A DNA stretch of 64,000 bases, from contig CM126202.1 of NCBI GenBank assembly GCA_052327205.1, positions 105,338,001 through 105,402,000 on the forward strand. Direction: 5' to 3'. The notes beneath the pieces are model-generated. The model was not told where the DNA came from and ran no database searches. It saw only the letters and a program-made list of their open reading frames with translations. How positions within the stretch are numbered: the first letter of the stretch is position 1; each line of letters opens with the position of its first letter. This stretch comes from Somniosus microcephalus. Taxonomy: Eukaryota. Below are positions 63,388 to 64,000 of the stretch, piece after piece. A program made the position numbers and the translations under genes.

Positions 63388-64000
63388 TAATTATGACCAA
63401 TTCTTGTGACGTTTAACGAGATTTTACAAGGAAGCGTGTGTAAACGGTTGTGTTTTTTTTAAGTACTGCTGGAGAGGCCATTGTCTGTGTTCTGATTTGA
63501 AATTAATTTTAATTTGCAATCACAGTAAGTCCGTCTTGTCTCATAAAATTTCCATGAACGTTTTATAGCACAATTGCATAGTCGAAGCTGGCTGCAGTGA
63601 GTTGCTCTTTATAGCACAATATAGTGCTGTGGACAGTAACAGCAGGACAGGCAGGTTCAAAACATTGACAACAGAATTTGTAAATTGGATTTTTGCCATC
63701 TCTTCACTTCCGAATTGCTTCATACAGTGCTTATGATTTTTTTTTTGTCTCATGTTGTTAAGAATTCCATGAATGGGTTAAGCAAGAATAATCTCCGTTA
63801 GATTTACTTGCCTGCACTGTGGCAGTCAAGTCCACACACTAAAAGAATATTACAGTACTTGTACACTGTCTCACTTTTTACAAAATTGTTTGTTTTAGCA
63901 GTAAGGTTCTCAAGGTTCCTTTAGATAACCTTATGTGCTGTTTTTGGGTGGTGCGTCTCTGTCTGTCTAATTGCTGACTGTTTGGCAAACTCCTGAATTG

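Overview
Repeat-dense vertebrate genomic DNA with no recognisable host protein-coding exon. The repeat repertoire (HE1-type V-SINE, Deu-domain SacSINE1-like SINE, LF-SINE-like SINE, CR1 with an SGNH-esterase ORF1) suggests a cartilaginous fish; this is an inference. Main contents: a near full-length CR1 LINE (1-4487); a complete, recently inserted but frameshifted Ty3/Gypsy (Mag-like) LTR element (5531-10653); a second CR1 on the minus strand; a multi-level nest of Penelope > Rex1 > (LTR+PBS insert, V-SINE); two decayed Harbinger (HARBI1-like) transposases; several TA-target MITEs; L2 and Crack/Daphne-like LINEs; and many SINEs. The most unusual structure is at 22439-23523: one LTR, a tRNA-Arg primer-binding site and a 25-nt fold-back copy of the LTR, with no TSD. 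This resembles a captured plus-strand strong-stop reverse-transcription intermediate. Family names come from motif recognition, not database searches, and boundaries of old elements are approximate.
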